Notes under the pieces: generated by a model
Database searches by the model: none
Told to the model about the DNA's origin: nothing
The model's input: only the letters and a program-made list of their open reading frames with translations
Shown here: piece by piece, positions 25,470 through 34,133 of the stretch
Numbering within the stretch: the first letter of the stretch is position 1
Layout of the letters: each line of letters starts with the position of its first letter
Program-made: the position numbers and the translations under genes
Assembly (NCBI GenBank): GCA_015063485.1
Contig: SVUA01000002.1
Location: 1,454 to 65,453 of the forward strand
Direction: 5' to 3'
DNA from: Oscillospiraceae bacterium
Lineage (GTDB): Bacteria; Bacillota; Clostridia; Oscillospirales; CAG-272
DNA: 64,000 nucleotides

Positions 25470-27443
25470 ATGAAATTAAGAGCACCTTCTTATCCTTTGA
25501 TAACCATAGACCCCTATTTCAGCGTATGGTCGTCGGACAACACCCTTACGGGTTCGGATACTGTTCACTGGACCCAAAAGCCAAACGTTATTTCCGCGAT
25601 CGCAACTATCGACGGCAAGGAATATCGCGTTATGGGCGCGAGATACGCGGACACTATTCCCGCTATGAAGCAGACGAGCGTTGATATGACCGCGTTTTCC
25701 ACTATCTACACCTTTGAGGAAAACGGCGTAAAACTTACGCTTACCTTTACCTCTCCCATAATTCCGAGCGACCTCTATCTTCTCACCCGTCCCGTAAGCT
25801 ATCTTTCGGTACAGAAAGAGATAACCGACCGCCACAAGCACACCGTTTCCTTTAAGATAGCAGTATCCGAGCAGATATGCATGAACCTCGCGGGTGACGA
25901 CGAGGTCGTATGCGAGGAGCTTACGCTCGGCAACCTTTCAAGCGTAAAAATGGGTACTAAATCTCAAAATATCCTTGGACGCTACGGCGATGACCTCCGT
26001 ATAGAGTGGGGTTACTTCTACCTCTCGGGCAAGGGCGAGACCTTTGTTGCAAAAGAGGATATGACCTTTGTGGGAATAAAGACCGAGCTTTCCTCTACTC
26101 CCGCTCTCTTTAGCTTTGCATATGACGATATCGAGTCTATCGAATACTTCCACACTCACCTCAAGAGCTACTGGAACAAGGACGGCGCGCTCATCACCGA
26201 TGAGATAGTAAAAGCACACGCTGATTACAAGACCACAATGCGCCGTTGTCGTGAAATGGAAGATAAAATGTTCATCGACGCTGTTCGCGCGGGCGGTGAA
26301 AAGTACGCAGAGCTTCTCGAGCTTGCGTTCCGTCAGACCATCGCCGCTCACAAGCTCGTGCTTGATACGGACGGCAAGATCCTCTTTATCTCCAAGGAGT
26401 GCTTCTCCAACGGCTGCGCTGCAACCGTTGACGTAAGCTACCCCTCTATTCCTCTCTTCCTTATCTACAACCCCGAGCTTGTCAAGGGTATGATGCGCCC
26501 CATCTATAAGTACGCGGCTATGGACGTATGGACAAAGGAATACAAATACGATTTCGCGCCTCACGATGCGGGAAGATATCCCGTACTTAACGGTCAGATG
26601 TACGGCTACGACGTCTACACGGGCATTATGAAGTATGAAAAACAGATGCCTGTTGAGGAATGCGGAAATATGCTCGTTATGGAAGCCGCTGTCGCTATCG
26701 CTACAAAGGACGTCTCTTTTGCTAAAGAGCATCTTGACGTTCTCGAGCAGTGGGTTAAATATCTTATAGAGAACGGCAGAGACCCTGAAAATCAGCTCTG
26801 CACAGACGACTTCGCGGGTCATATGGCTCATAACTGCAACCTCTCTCTCAAGGCTATCATGGGAATTGCCGGACTCGGTATCCTTTACGGAATGATGGGC
26901 AACAAGCGCGACGAAAGAAAATACATGAAGCTCGCTCGCGATATGGCTCTTGATTGGACAAAGCGCGCATCAAACGGCGACGGAAGCTACCGCCTTGCGT
27001 TTGACGCTCCCAACACCTTCTCAATGAAGTACAATATCGTTTGGGATAAGCTCTTCGGCACGAATATCATGCCCCGTGACGTTATCGCATCGGAAGTAGC
27101 AAGCTACAAGAAGCATATGCACCCCTACGGACTGCCGCTTGACAACAGACAGCCCTACACCAAGAGTGACTGGACGGTCTGGACGGCAACGCTTGCCGAG
27201 GATCGCGCCGACTTTGAAGCGCTTATCGAGCCTATGTGGGACGCGTTCAACTATTCCATCACCCGCGTTCCTATGACCGACTGGTATTGGACTCTCACCG
27301 CAAAGCAGAGGACCTACGTGAGCCGTACCTACGTTTCGGGCGGACACGAAAACGATCCTCTAACACATGGCTTCCACAACCGTACCGTTCAGGGCGGACT
27401 TTTCATCAAGCTTCTTGAATATAAGGGCATTATGAAAATATAA
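25470..27443 (+). CDS. glutaminase A-like protein (DUF4964/DUF5127/DUF4965/DUF1793 architecture), probable glycoside hydrolase-like enzyme
   Basis: The N-terminus MKLRAPSYPLITIDPYFSVWS and later segments (..FISKECFSNGCAATVDVSYPSIPLFL.., ..CTDDFAGHMAHNCNLSLKAI.., ..SDWTVWTA..) match the fungal/bacterial glutaminase GtaA-like family as I remember it. No signal peptide. Confidence 0.7.
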   Translation: MKLRAPSYPLITIDPYFSVWSSDNTLTGSDTVHWTQKPNVISAIATIDGKEYRVMGARYADTIPAMKQTSVDMTAFSTIYTFEENGVKLTLTFTSPIIPSDLYLLTRPVSYLSVQKEITDRHKHTVSFKIAVSEQICMNLAGDDEVVCEELTLGNLSSVKMGTKSQNILGRYGDDLRIEWGYFYLSGKGETFVAKEDMTFVGIKTELSSTPALFSFAYDDIESIEYFHTHLKSYWNKDGALITDEIVKAHADYKTTMRRCREMEDKMFIDAVRAGGEKYAELLELAFRQTIAAHKLVLDTDGKILFISKECFSNGCAATVDVSYPSIPLFLIYNPELVKGMMRPIYKYAAMDVWTKEYKYDFAPHDAGRYPVLNGQMYGYDVYTGIMKYEKQMPVEECGNMLVMEAAVAIATKDVSFAKEHLDVLEQWVKYLIENGRDPENQLCTDDFAGHMAHNCNLSLKAIMGIAGLGILYGMMGNKRDERKYMKLARDMALDWTKRASNGDGSYRLAFDAPNTFSMKYNIVWDKLFGTNIMPRDVIASEVASYKKHMHPYGLPLDNRQPYTKSDWTVWTATLAEDRADFEALIEPMWDAFNYSITRVPMTDWYWTLTAKQRTYVSRTYVSGGHENDPLTHGFHNRTVQGGLFIKLLEYKGIMKI

Positions 27444-27457
27444 AAAGCAAATAAATT

Positions 27458-27511
27458 AAAAGGACTTGTACCATTTTGCGTTATAAAAAGCATTTGGCGC
27501 AAGTCCTTTTT
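27458..27511 (+). terminator. rho-independent terminator
   Basis: A long imperfect hairpin AAAAGGACTTG...CAAGTCCTTTT followed by a T-run, 15 nt after the stop codon. Confidence 0.65.
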
Positions 27512-27536
27512 ATTAATTATTAAACGCTTGATATAA

Positions 27537-27777
27537 AAACAAATTGCGGTTTAGCGGGGAGATCGTTATATCGATTGATTGGTTAAAATCGTTTGTATTA
27601 GGACCGTCGAGGACGCCGTTCCCTACAAAATAAATTATGATCGTTAGGTTTTACCATCGCCTCACGGCGAGGAATATGTGTACAAATTTTTCTACACTGT
27701 AGGGACTGGCGTCCTCGACGGTCCGTTACCATTCGGTTAAATTTATGCGAACATAACACACCGATAAATCAAAATTT
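27537..27777 (+). repeat. TIR-bounded modular palindromic intergenic element, copy E2
   Basis: The ends are AAACAAATTGCGGTTTAGCGGGGA and CACCGATAAATCAAAATTT. The internal 27-bp inverted repeat is GGACCGTCGAGGACGCCGTTCCCTACA (27601-27627) / TGTAGGGACTGGCGTCCTCGACGGTCC (27698-27724), with 2 mismatches. Confidence 0.85.
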
Positions 27778-27979
27778 AGCTAAGTTGTTCTTTATAAATA
27801 TTTTTAATCTGTAAAAATATTTTATGTCGTAATGCTTTTGCTCATTTGTTTTCAAAGATCTCGTGAAATTGCTCATAGGTAAACGCTTAACATGAAAAAT
27901 GATTTGATTTCTCGCCGCATATTGACTTTTTATCTGTTTTAGTTTAATATAAAAAATAAGAGTACAAATTTGAGCCCAT

Positions 27980-28009
27980 AAAAAAATGAGCGAGAATTTT
28001 TTCTCGCTC
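27980..28009 (-). terminator. rho-independent terminator after the CotF-like gene
   Basis: Stem GAGCGAGAA / TTCTCGCTC, followed by a T-run on the minus strand. Confidence 0.7.
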
Positions 28010-28018
28010 CGTGTTTTA

Positions 28019-28300
28019 TTATCCTATATTACAAGCCGTGCAGAAATTCTGCTTCGCCTGTTCGAGCTTTGTCTGCTCGGCTGTCTCGGTCTGATACCAA
28101 CCGCGGCTCTTCATCTGCATGAAAAGCTCGTTCTGCATGGTATGCTCCTCCTTTAGTATCGACGACAGGCAGTTTCTGACTGCCATCGTTTCACTCTCAC
28201 ACAAGGAAGTATTGTATATTGCCGTCATCTGCTTTTCGGAATTGAGCATATCCATAAGGCGCGCCTTTTCGTCAAATCCGCTGTTACAATTCTGTTGCAT
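28019..28300 (-). CDS. spore coat protein, CotF-like (Coat_F domain)
   Basis: The product is 93 aa. The segment DEKARLMDMLNSEKQMTAIYNTSLCESETMAVRNCLSSILKEEHTMQNELFMQMKSRGWY has the typical Coat_F pattern. Confidence 0.7.
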   Translation of the reverse strand: MQQNCNSGFDEKARLMDMLNSEKQMTAIYNTSLCESETMAVRNCLSSILKEEHTMQNELFMQMKSRGWYQTETAEQTKLEQAKQNFCTACNIG

Positions 28301-28316
28301 ATTTTCCCCCTCTTTA

Positions 28317-28502
28317 TTACTTTAAATTTGATACCATGCTGTCAAAATGATTCTGATGCTTCGTAGCGCACTGCTCGTACTGACTCTTAAGCGCCATATC
28401 TGTCGTTTCAGAAGCGTATTGCTTACACTTTGCGATAAGATTTTCCTCCATCGTTAAAAGGTCGGAAAGAGAACCTAGCTCTTTGGTCGTGATCTGTGCC
28501 AT
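28317..28502 (-). CDS. small helical protein co-transcribed with the CotF-like gene (spore coat associated, unknown)
   Basis: I place the start at ATG 28502 (MAQITTKELGSLSDLLTMEENLIAK..), preceded by AAAGGAGA. The product is 61 aa. The longer track ORF has no RBS. Confidence 0.55.
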   Translation of the reverse strand: MAQITTKELGSLSDLLTMEENLIAKCKQYASETTDMALKSQYEQCATKHQNHFDSMVSNLK

Positions 28503-28566
28503 AAAAATCTCCTTTCGTTTTTTGCTGATATTATTATGCGCCCAATTTTTCCATTTATACAAACGC

Positions 28567-28595
28567 TTGACATTTTTATATTCACATGATATAAT
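28567..28595 (+). promoter_or_regulatory. sigma-A type promoter for the AraC regulator gene
   Basis: TTGACA (28567-28572), 17 nt, TATAAT (28590-28595). Confidence 0.6.
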
Positions 28596-28674
28596 CAGCT
28601 TATAACGCATTTTGAGTGTATTTTATACTTTATTTTGGCAAAAAACTGCGATTTTCGATACAAAAGGAGAAATT

Positions 28675-29520
28675 ATGAGATACCGTTTTCAAAATCATCT
28701 CTCAAACGGCGAATGTATTACAGCAAAGCACAAGGTCGAATTTTCCACCCTAAACGGTGACCACCGCGACTATCATCCCCATTATGAGCTGTATTTTTGC
28801 TGTGAGCATAAGCCGCAAAACGTTACGATAAACGGTCAAAGCACCTATCTTGACACGCCTAGTGTTATTTTGAGCGCGCCGTTTTCAATACACTCAATGT
28901 TTACCGCCGACGGCGAGGACGCACAGCTTGACCGCCACGTCATATATTTCAATGAAAACGCCGTATCTCTTTTTGACGAATCCCTCTTTCCAAAGGATTT
29001 TTTTAAGGTATTTTCTAACTGTATTTTCCCACTTACCGACGAACAAAGCGAAAAGCTTTTTCCGATAATTGAAAAAATAACCGATACTAAAACAGATGAT
29101 ACGCAAAGAAAGCTTCTCTTCGCTCTGCTCATAAACGATATTGACAAAAACGTCTCGCGGGAAGCTCGAATAGCCTACGGAACGACAAGTTACTATATAA
29201 TCGAGGTCTTGAAATATATTTACAGTAATCTGTCAAAAAATATCTCATCCGACAGTATCGCCGCGGAGTTTCACGTCAGCCGCGCGAAGCTTGACAGAGA
29301 TTTTCGCCGCTTCGTAGGTCGGTCAGTGCATAACGCCGTTATGGATTGCCGTCTCGCCTGTGCATGTGATATGCTATCCTCAACAGAGCTTTCGGTAAAA
29401 GAGATAGCTATGCTTTGCGGCTTTGAGAGTGAATATTATTTTTACTCGTTTTTCAAGCGAGGCACGGGCAAAACGCCGCTTGCGTGGAGACGTATGATGC
29501 AAGTAACCATAAAAACTTAA
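28675..29520 (+). CDS. AraC family transcriptional regulator
   Basis: The C-terminal double HTH is ..SSDSIAAEFHVSRAKLDRDFRRFVGRSVHNAVMDCRLACACDMLSSTELSVKEIAMLCGFESEYYFYSFFKRGTGKTP. I place the start at ATG 28675, preceded by AAAGGAGA. Confidence 0.85.
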   Translation: MRYRFQNHLSNGECITAKHKVEFSTLNGDHRDYHPHYELYFCCEHKPQNVTINGQSTYLDTPSVILSAPFSIHSMFTADGEDAQLDRHVIYFNENAVSLFDESLFPKDFFKVFSNCIFPLTDEQSEKLFPIIEKITDTKTDDTQRKLLFALLINDIDKNVSREARIAYGTTSYYIIEVLKYIYSNLSKNISSDSIAAEFHVSRAKLDRDFRRFVGRSVHNAVMDCRLACACDMLSSTELSVKEIAMLCGFESEYYFYSFFKRGTGKTPLAWRRMMQVTIKT

Positions 29521-29537
29521 AAGGAAGATATTGGGAC

Positions 29538-31349
29538 ATGAAAAACAAATTAATACGACCGATATGCGTTTTGGTACTCTTATGTATGCTATTACCTTGC
29601 TCTATCTTAGCGGTATCTGCAACAAACACAACGACAGGCGTTGATTTTAACGGTTTATCCTTTTATGATACCCAAGCGGTCTCCATTGGTATGCCTGTTA
29701 CTTTTGAGGCAACCATCTGTCTGCCTGAAAACATTTCTGGCAGAGGCGGAGTTATCATAGGCAATTACGACGGTCAGAAAAAAGCTCTTTTCAATTTTGA
29801 GATATATAACAACGGCGCGCCGAGAATTTACATTAATGATACTTCTCTCGTAAATTATGACGTAATATTCTCCAACGTGGACCTCCGTAACGGCAAACCT
29901 ACTCACGTTGCCATAACTTACGATGCCGAAGCTTCAAGCTGGTATTGCTACATAAACGGCGAATTAAAGCAGACTGTAAACAAAGCCGCACCCGAAAAAT
30001 TTCAAATGCCTACTTCTCAGTTCCGTCTCGGCGGAGATTATCGCACGGGTAACACACAATATTTTAAGGGAATAATACAAAGAGTTGCTCTGTATTCTGA
30101 TGTTAGAACCGCACAAGAAATAGCCGCTGATGTTACCGCGACCGCTGTCGATACTTCAAATCTTATCACCGCATACGATATATCAAAAAATCCTCTCGGG
30201 AATTATCCCAAAAGCATTGAAAGCGCGACCAATCAAAAGCTTAATTTCTCGTATTATAGCGATTGGTTGCTCGAAGTCGATGAGCCTAAAAATTACGCAT
30301 ACTCCTTTGCCGTTCTCGGTGATATACAAACACTAACATACGGTTATCCCGATGTCCTTAACAACATGTATAAATGGATACGCGATAACGCGGAGAGCAA
30401 AAAGATAAAATTCGTTGTAGGCTTAGGAGATATAACTGACAAAAATACAGATGTCGAGTACGAACGTGTAAATGCGGCGTACGATATAATAGACGGAACA
30501 GTTCCCTTTTCGATCATTCGCGGAAACCATGACAGATCGGGTACGTCAAGTACGGCAAGCGCAAAGTTTGATTCGTATATCACAAAAGCAAAATACGGAG
30601 ACGAGATAAGCGGCTCTTACGATAACACCATGAAAAACACCTACCGTATCTTACAGATAGGCGATATTAAATATATGTTTATGAATCTCGACTTTCTCAT
30701 GAAGGACGAGGTCATCGAATGGGCGGGAGATGTAATATCGAGCAACCAAGACTGCCATGTGATAGTCTCTACGCATATATATATGAACGCGTCTGGCTCT
30801 TACAATAGCCTTGACAGTATTACCAAATACGGTTGTGAAAATAACGGGGAGGATCTGTGGAACAAGCTTTTATCTCAACATAAAAACATAGTTATGCTTC
30901 TCACGGGACACAATCCCACCGATGATATCTTATGTAGAAAAAGATACGGAAAGCACGGCAATACCGTTACCGAAATACTTGTTGATCCTCAAACGACCGA
31001 TAAAGACCGTGGCGGAACGGGACTTGTAGCTATGTTGTATTTTTCGGAGGATGGAAAACAGCTCGACGTTCGTTACTATTCTACCGCAAAGAATGCTTAT
31101 TTCAAGCGCAATAATCAATTCAGCAGAAGCATCGACTATATTAAGCGTCCCGAGACAAATAAGCAAAACGAGGTATCAGAGAATACGACCAAGCAACCTG
31201 AAACTACGACCCAAGCGATCGAGACCACTGTAGTTCATATAGATAAAAAGAATGGTTGCAATTCTTCGATCTCTCTTACAAGCATATTTATTGTAACTAC
31301 GATAAGCGCTTTCGCGGTATTTATCTACAAAAAGAAAAAGGAATATTGA
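29538..31349 (+). CDS. surface protein: signal peptide + LamG/concanavalin-like lectin domain + calcineurin-like metallophosphoesterase + C-terminal TM anchor
   Basis: The signal peptide is MKNKLIRPICVLVLLCMLLPCSILAVSA. The LamG-like part is GGVIIGNYDG..FNFEIYNNGAPRIYIN..HVAITYD..WYCYINGEL. Phosphoesterase motifs are AVLGDIQ, GLGDITD, RGNHD, STHIY and TGHN. A Thr-rich linker and the terminal helix LTSIFIVTTISAFAVFIYKKKK follow. Confidence 0.7.
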   Translation: MKNKLIRPICVLVLLCMLLPCSILAVSATNTTTGVDFNGLSFYDTQAVSIGMPVTFEATICLPENISGRGGVIIGNYDGQKKALFNFEIYNNGAPRIYINDTSLVNYDVIFSNVDLRNGKPTHVAITYDAEASSWYCYINGELKQTVNKAAPEKFQMPTSQFRLGGDYRTGNTQYFKGIIQRVALYSDVRTAQEIAADVTATAVDTSNLITAYDISKNPLGNYPKSIESATNQKLNFSYYSDWLLEVDEPKNYAYSFAVLGDIQTLTYGYPDVLNNMYKWIRDNAESKKIKFVVGLGDITDKNTDVEYERVNAAYDIIDGTVPFSIIRGNHDRSGTSSTASAKFDSYITKAKYGDEISGSYDNTMKNTYRILQIGDIKYMFMNLDFLMKDEVIEWAGDVISSNQDCHVIVSTHIYMNASGSYNSLDSITKYGCENNGEDLWNKLLSQHKNIVMLLTGHNPTDDILCRKRYGKHGNTVTEILVDPQTTDKDRGGTGLVAMLYFSEDGKQLDVRYYSTAKNAYFKRNNQFSRSIDYIKRPETNKQNEVSENTTKQPETTTQAIETTVVHIDKKNGCNSSISLTSIFIVTTISAFAVFIYKKKKEY

Positions 31350-31362
31350 GCACACAAGAAAA

Positions 31363-31398
31363 GGCGGAGAGATCAATAAGACCTCTCCGCCTCTTTTT
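31363..31398 (+). terminator. rho-independent terminator
   Basis: Stem GGCGGAGAG / CTCTCCGCC, followed by TCTTTTT. Confidence 0.75.
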
Positions 31399-31427
31399 CA
31401 ATAAACAGATAAATATTCCAAAAATTG

Positions 31428-31456
31428 TTGACAACTCAACGATTGTGTGGTATAAT
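31428..31456 (+). promoter_or_regulatory. sigma-A type promoter for the degV-family gene
   Basis: TTGACA (31428-31433), 17 nt ending in TGTGG, TATAAT (31451-31456). Confidence 0.65.
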
Positions 31457-31525
31457 ATAGCGGTATTTTTGTTGATGTCTCAACAAATTTCAAAAATCGA
31501 CAACATACCGATATGGAGGAAAATC

Positions 31526-32362
31526 ATGAGAAAAATCAAGATCGTTGCAGACTCGTCCTGCGATCTGTTTGAATTGAACCACACTGAGTTTGCTTACGCA
31601 CCGATGAAGATCATTACCGCAGAGAGTGAATTTATTGACGACCCCGCGCTTGACACCGATGCTATGGTCGAGCACTTTGATAAATACAAAGGAAAATCCA
31701 AATCTTCTTGCCCGAATACTGCCGATTGGCTCGACGCGTTCGGCGATGCCGACGATATTTTTTGCGTGACTATCACGAGCGGCCTTTCGGGCAGCTTCAA
31801 TTCCGCTTGCGCCGCAAAAAAGATCTACGAGGCAGATAATGAGGGGAAGCGCGTATTCGTGATAGATACCCTCTCCGCAGGACCTGAGGTCACGCTTACG
31901 GTAGAAAAATTAGAGGAATATATCGCGCAAGGTATGGCTTATGAGGATATTTGCAACCACATTACAGGTTATCTAAAAAAGACGGGACTTGTCTTTATGC
32001 TGAAATCCCTCAAGACCTTTGCAAACAACGGCAGAGTTTCTCCTGTCGTAGCAAAGATCGTCGGTATCGCGGGAATATGCATAGTCGGCAAGGCGAGCGA
32101 CGAAGGCACGCTCGAACCTATGCACAAATGCAGGGGCGAAAAGCGTTCGCTTGAGACCTTAGTCGAAACGCTTAGATCCGAAGGCTTCCGTTCTGGTAAG
32201 ATAAGCATAGGTCACTGTCAGAATCTCTCTGCGGCGGACCAATTAAAAAAATCAATACTTGCTAAATTCCAAAACGCGCAGGTCGAGATCCATAAATTGA
32301 AAGGACTTTGCAGCTTTTACGCTGAAAAAGGCGGTGTTCTCGTAGGCTTTGAAAAAGCGTGA
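31526..32362 (+). CDS. DegV family fatty-acid-binding protein
   Basis: The sequence MRKIKIVADSSCDL.. ..ITSGLSGSFNSA.. ..VIDTLSAGPE.. matches the DegV pattern. I place the start at ATG 31526, preceded by GGAGGA. The track ORF start at 31256 runs through the promoter and terminator region. Confidence 0.85.
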   Translation: MRKIKIVADSSCDLFELNHTEFAYAPMKIITAESEFIDDPALDTDAMVEHFDKYKGKSKSSCPNTADWLDAFGDADDIFCVTITSGLSGSFNSACAAKKIYEADNEGKRVFVIDTLSAGPEVTLTVEKLEEYIAQGMAYEDICNHITGYLKKTGLVFMLKSLKTFANNGRVSPVVAKIVGIAGICIVGKASDEGTLEPMHKCRGEKRSLETLVETLRSEGFRSGKISIGHCQNLSAADQLKKSILAKFQNAQVEIHKLKGLCSFYAEKGGVLVGFEKA

Positions 32363-32424
32363 GGGACGCGGGGGATGCGCTTACTTTTCTTTTGAAAAAG
32401 AAAAGTAAGCAAAAGAAAACAAAA
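32361..32424 (+). repeat. polypyrimidine/polypurine hairpin element abutting a stop codon, copy D1
   Basis: The sequence is GAGGGACGCGGGGGATGC + hairpin GCTTACTTTTCTTTT/AAAAGAAAAGTAAGC (32379-32410) + AAAAGAAAAC. It starts inside the degV TGA. Confidence 0.8.
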
Positions 32425-32545
32425 CATGGGGTATATATGTTTACTGTTAGTTTGTGCTAATTTCGAAAAAAGCAGGAGTAACCTGCGGTAACTCCGCAAA
32501 AAGAAAGCAAAATAATGGATTATTTATAAATAACTTTTTGTAATA

Positions 32546-32597
32546 CAAAGGACGGTTCTGTATGTGGCAGCACACGCAGAGCCGTCCTTTGTTTTTT
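32546..32597 (+). terminator. rho-independent terminator (likely the real degV 3' end)
   Basis: Stem CAAAGGACGGTTCTG / CAGAGCCGTCCTTTG (one mismatch), followed by TTTTTT. Confidence 0.65.
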
Positions 32598-32637
32598 ATA
32601 TGTTTTAGTATTTACTGAAATACTTTTGTGAAAAGTA

Positions 32638-32666
32638 TTGACAAATTCAAAAACGCATGATATACT
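32638..32666 (+). promoter_or_regulatory. sigma-A type promoter
   Basis: TTGACA (32638-32643), 17 nt, TATACT (32661-32666). Confidence 0.55.
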
Positions 32667-32694
32667 AAAACAAAGAGGAAAGCGAGGTGCTAAA

Positions 32695-33231
32695 ATGAGA
32701 AAACGCAAATTAATTAAAGTAATAATATTTTGTGCCATTGTTTTCGTCAGCGTTTTGCCTATGTTGATATTCATGCAAGATCTTAAAATAACAAAATACT
32801 CTATTGCTGCGATAGGTTTACTTGTTTTTCATTTACTGTACGGTCTTTTGGCGTATATATATCAAAACAAAGGCAACTATTTGAGATTCAGCGGATACTT
32901 CATAAGGCGTTTAGATATCATTCTTCTCCGAAAAAATCAAGAGTACACGTTTACAACTGAATACGAGAAAAATTTCAATAGAATGTTGGCAACGTATTAC
33001 AGCGTTATACCAATGTATCTGCCATGCATATTTTTGACTTCAAAGCCCTCGCAAATGCCGATCGCTTTAATTGTTTTCTTGATCCCTCAAGTGATATTCA
33101 TTTTCAAAGAATATCAAGAGAAGATCGCATATATCAAAGAAAGAAAACGATTGAAACAACTAAATGAACAATTAATGGAAAAAGAATTGCGAGAACAAGA
33201 AAAACGAGAATCCATGGGAAAGTGGAAATAA
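32695..33231 (+). CDS. hypothetical membrane protein with charged coiled C-terminus
   Basis: I place the start at ATG 32695 (MRKRKLIKVIIFCAIVF..). There are about 4 hydrophobic helices, then KERKRLKQLNEQLMEKELREQEKRE. No family recognised. Confidence 0.6.
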   Translation: MRKRKLIKVIIFCAIVFVSVLPMLIFMQDLKITKYSIAAIGLLVFHLLYGLLAYIYQNKGNYLRFSGYFIRRLDIILLRKNQEYTFTTEYEKNFNRMLATYYSVIPMYLPCIFLTSKPSQMPIALIVFLIPQVIFIFKEYQEKIAYIKERKRLKQLNEQLMEKELREQEKRESMGKWK

Positions 33232-33234
33232 TAT

Positions 33235-33267
33235 AAAAAAGACGGTTATCATAAGACCGTCTTTTTT
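33235..33267. terminator. bidirectional rho-independent terminator
   Basis: The sequence AAAAAAGACGGT-TATCATAAG-ACCGTCTTTTTT has A- and T-runs on either side. Confidence 0.7.
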
Positions 33268-33324
33268 ATTTTGATTTTTAAATTTCACGCAAGCTAACGG
33301 TAAATACATAATATCCTATGTATA

Positions 33325-33398
33325 GTTTTCTTTTTTGGTTACTTTTTTCTTTTTTAAAAGAAAAAAGTAACGCGCGTCCTCCGCGTCCCTCGCGTCCC
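33325..33398 (-). repeat. polypyrimidine/polypurine hairpin element abutting a stop codon, copy D2
   Basis: On the minus strand the sequence reads (TA)GGGGACGCGAGGGACGCGGAGGACGCGC + hairpin GTTACTTTTTTCTTTT/AAAAGAAAAAAGTAAC + CAAAAAAGAAAAC. It starts at the rnc TAG. Confidence 0.8.
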
Positions 33399-34112
33399 CT
33401 ATTCGACCTCGCCGAAAAGGGCAAGAGCCTCGCGAGCGGCGTTCTGCTCGGCTTCGCGTTTGGATTTTCCAACACCTTTACCGATAATATTGGTATTCAA
33501 GCGCGCCTCGACCTCAAAGACCTTATCGTGATCGGGTCCGCTTTCCTTGACAGTAACGTACTCAAGGAAATCGCCCTCCGCTTGCTGAATAAGCTGTTGA
33601 AGCTCGGTCTTTGCGTCGTTGTTTATTGGGCTGTAATTTTGCTCAAGCTCTTCGGATACTATCGGTATCAAAAATTTTCTGATAACGTCAAGCCCTCGAA
33701 CTCCCGCGTCAAGATACATAGCGGCAAGAAGTGCCTCAAACGCGTCCTCTAAATTCGAGCGCTTTTGTCTGCCGTTGCACTTCTCTTCTCCGCGGCCAAG
33801 ATAAAGATAATCGCCAAGATTTATTTTTTTCGCGTACGAAGCAAGTGCTTGCGAGCGCACGAGCGCAGCTCTGCGCTGCGTAAGCTCACCCTCGGGCAAT
33901 TCACCGAATTTGCTGAAAAGGAATTCGCTTACCACTATCGAAAGAACGGAATCTCCAAGAAACTCAAGTCTCTCGTTACAGACCGCGTTCTGCTTCTTCG
34001 CTTTAAGCTCATTTGCGTACGATGAATGTGTCAGAGCTTGTATCAATATTTTTTCGTCGGAAAATTTATATCCGATCGCTTTTTCCAATTTTCCGATATC
34101 GATCTGCTGCAT
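33399..34112 (-). CDS. rnc: ribonuclease III
   Basis: Carries the signature NERLEFLGDSVL and a C-terminal dsRBD (..GPDHDKVFEVEA..GKGVGKSKREAEQNAAREAL). Confidence 0.95.
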   Translation of the reverse strand: MQQIDIGKLEKAIGYKFSDEKILIQALTHSSYANELKAKKQNAVCNERLEFLGDSVLSIVVSEFLFSKFGELPEGELTQRRAALVRSQALASYAKKINLGDYLYLGRGEEKCNGRQKRSNLEDAFEALLAAMYLDAGVRGLDVIRKFLIPIVSEELEQNYSPINNDAKTELQQLIQQAEGDFLEYVTVKESGPDHDKVFEVEARLNTNIIGKGVGKSKREAEQNAAREALALFGEVE

Positions 34113-34133
34113 ATTTTTTCCTTTCGATAAATA

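Noticed and set aside
25938-26831. A 297-aa minus-strand ORF opposite the glutaminase-A-like gene. Similar antisense ORFs lie at 652-1263, 20461-21084, 21576-22142, 37613-38272 and 35651-36250.
   Set aside because: The opposite strand carries genes with clear family motifs. These ORFs lack start context and have implausible composition.
32379-32410. Treating the AT-only hairpins (D1-D3) as ordinary rho-independent terminators.
   Set aside because: The stems contain almost no G:C pairs and no U-tract follows. Copy D3 is immediately followed by the RBS of the next gene. A canonical terminator exists further downstream of degV.
32426-32491. A 21-codon ORF (MGYICLLLVCANFEKSRSNLR) between element D1 and the degV terminator.
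   Set aside because: It has no Shine-Dalgarno sequence and its composition is not peptide-like. It most likely lies in the 3' UTR.
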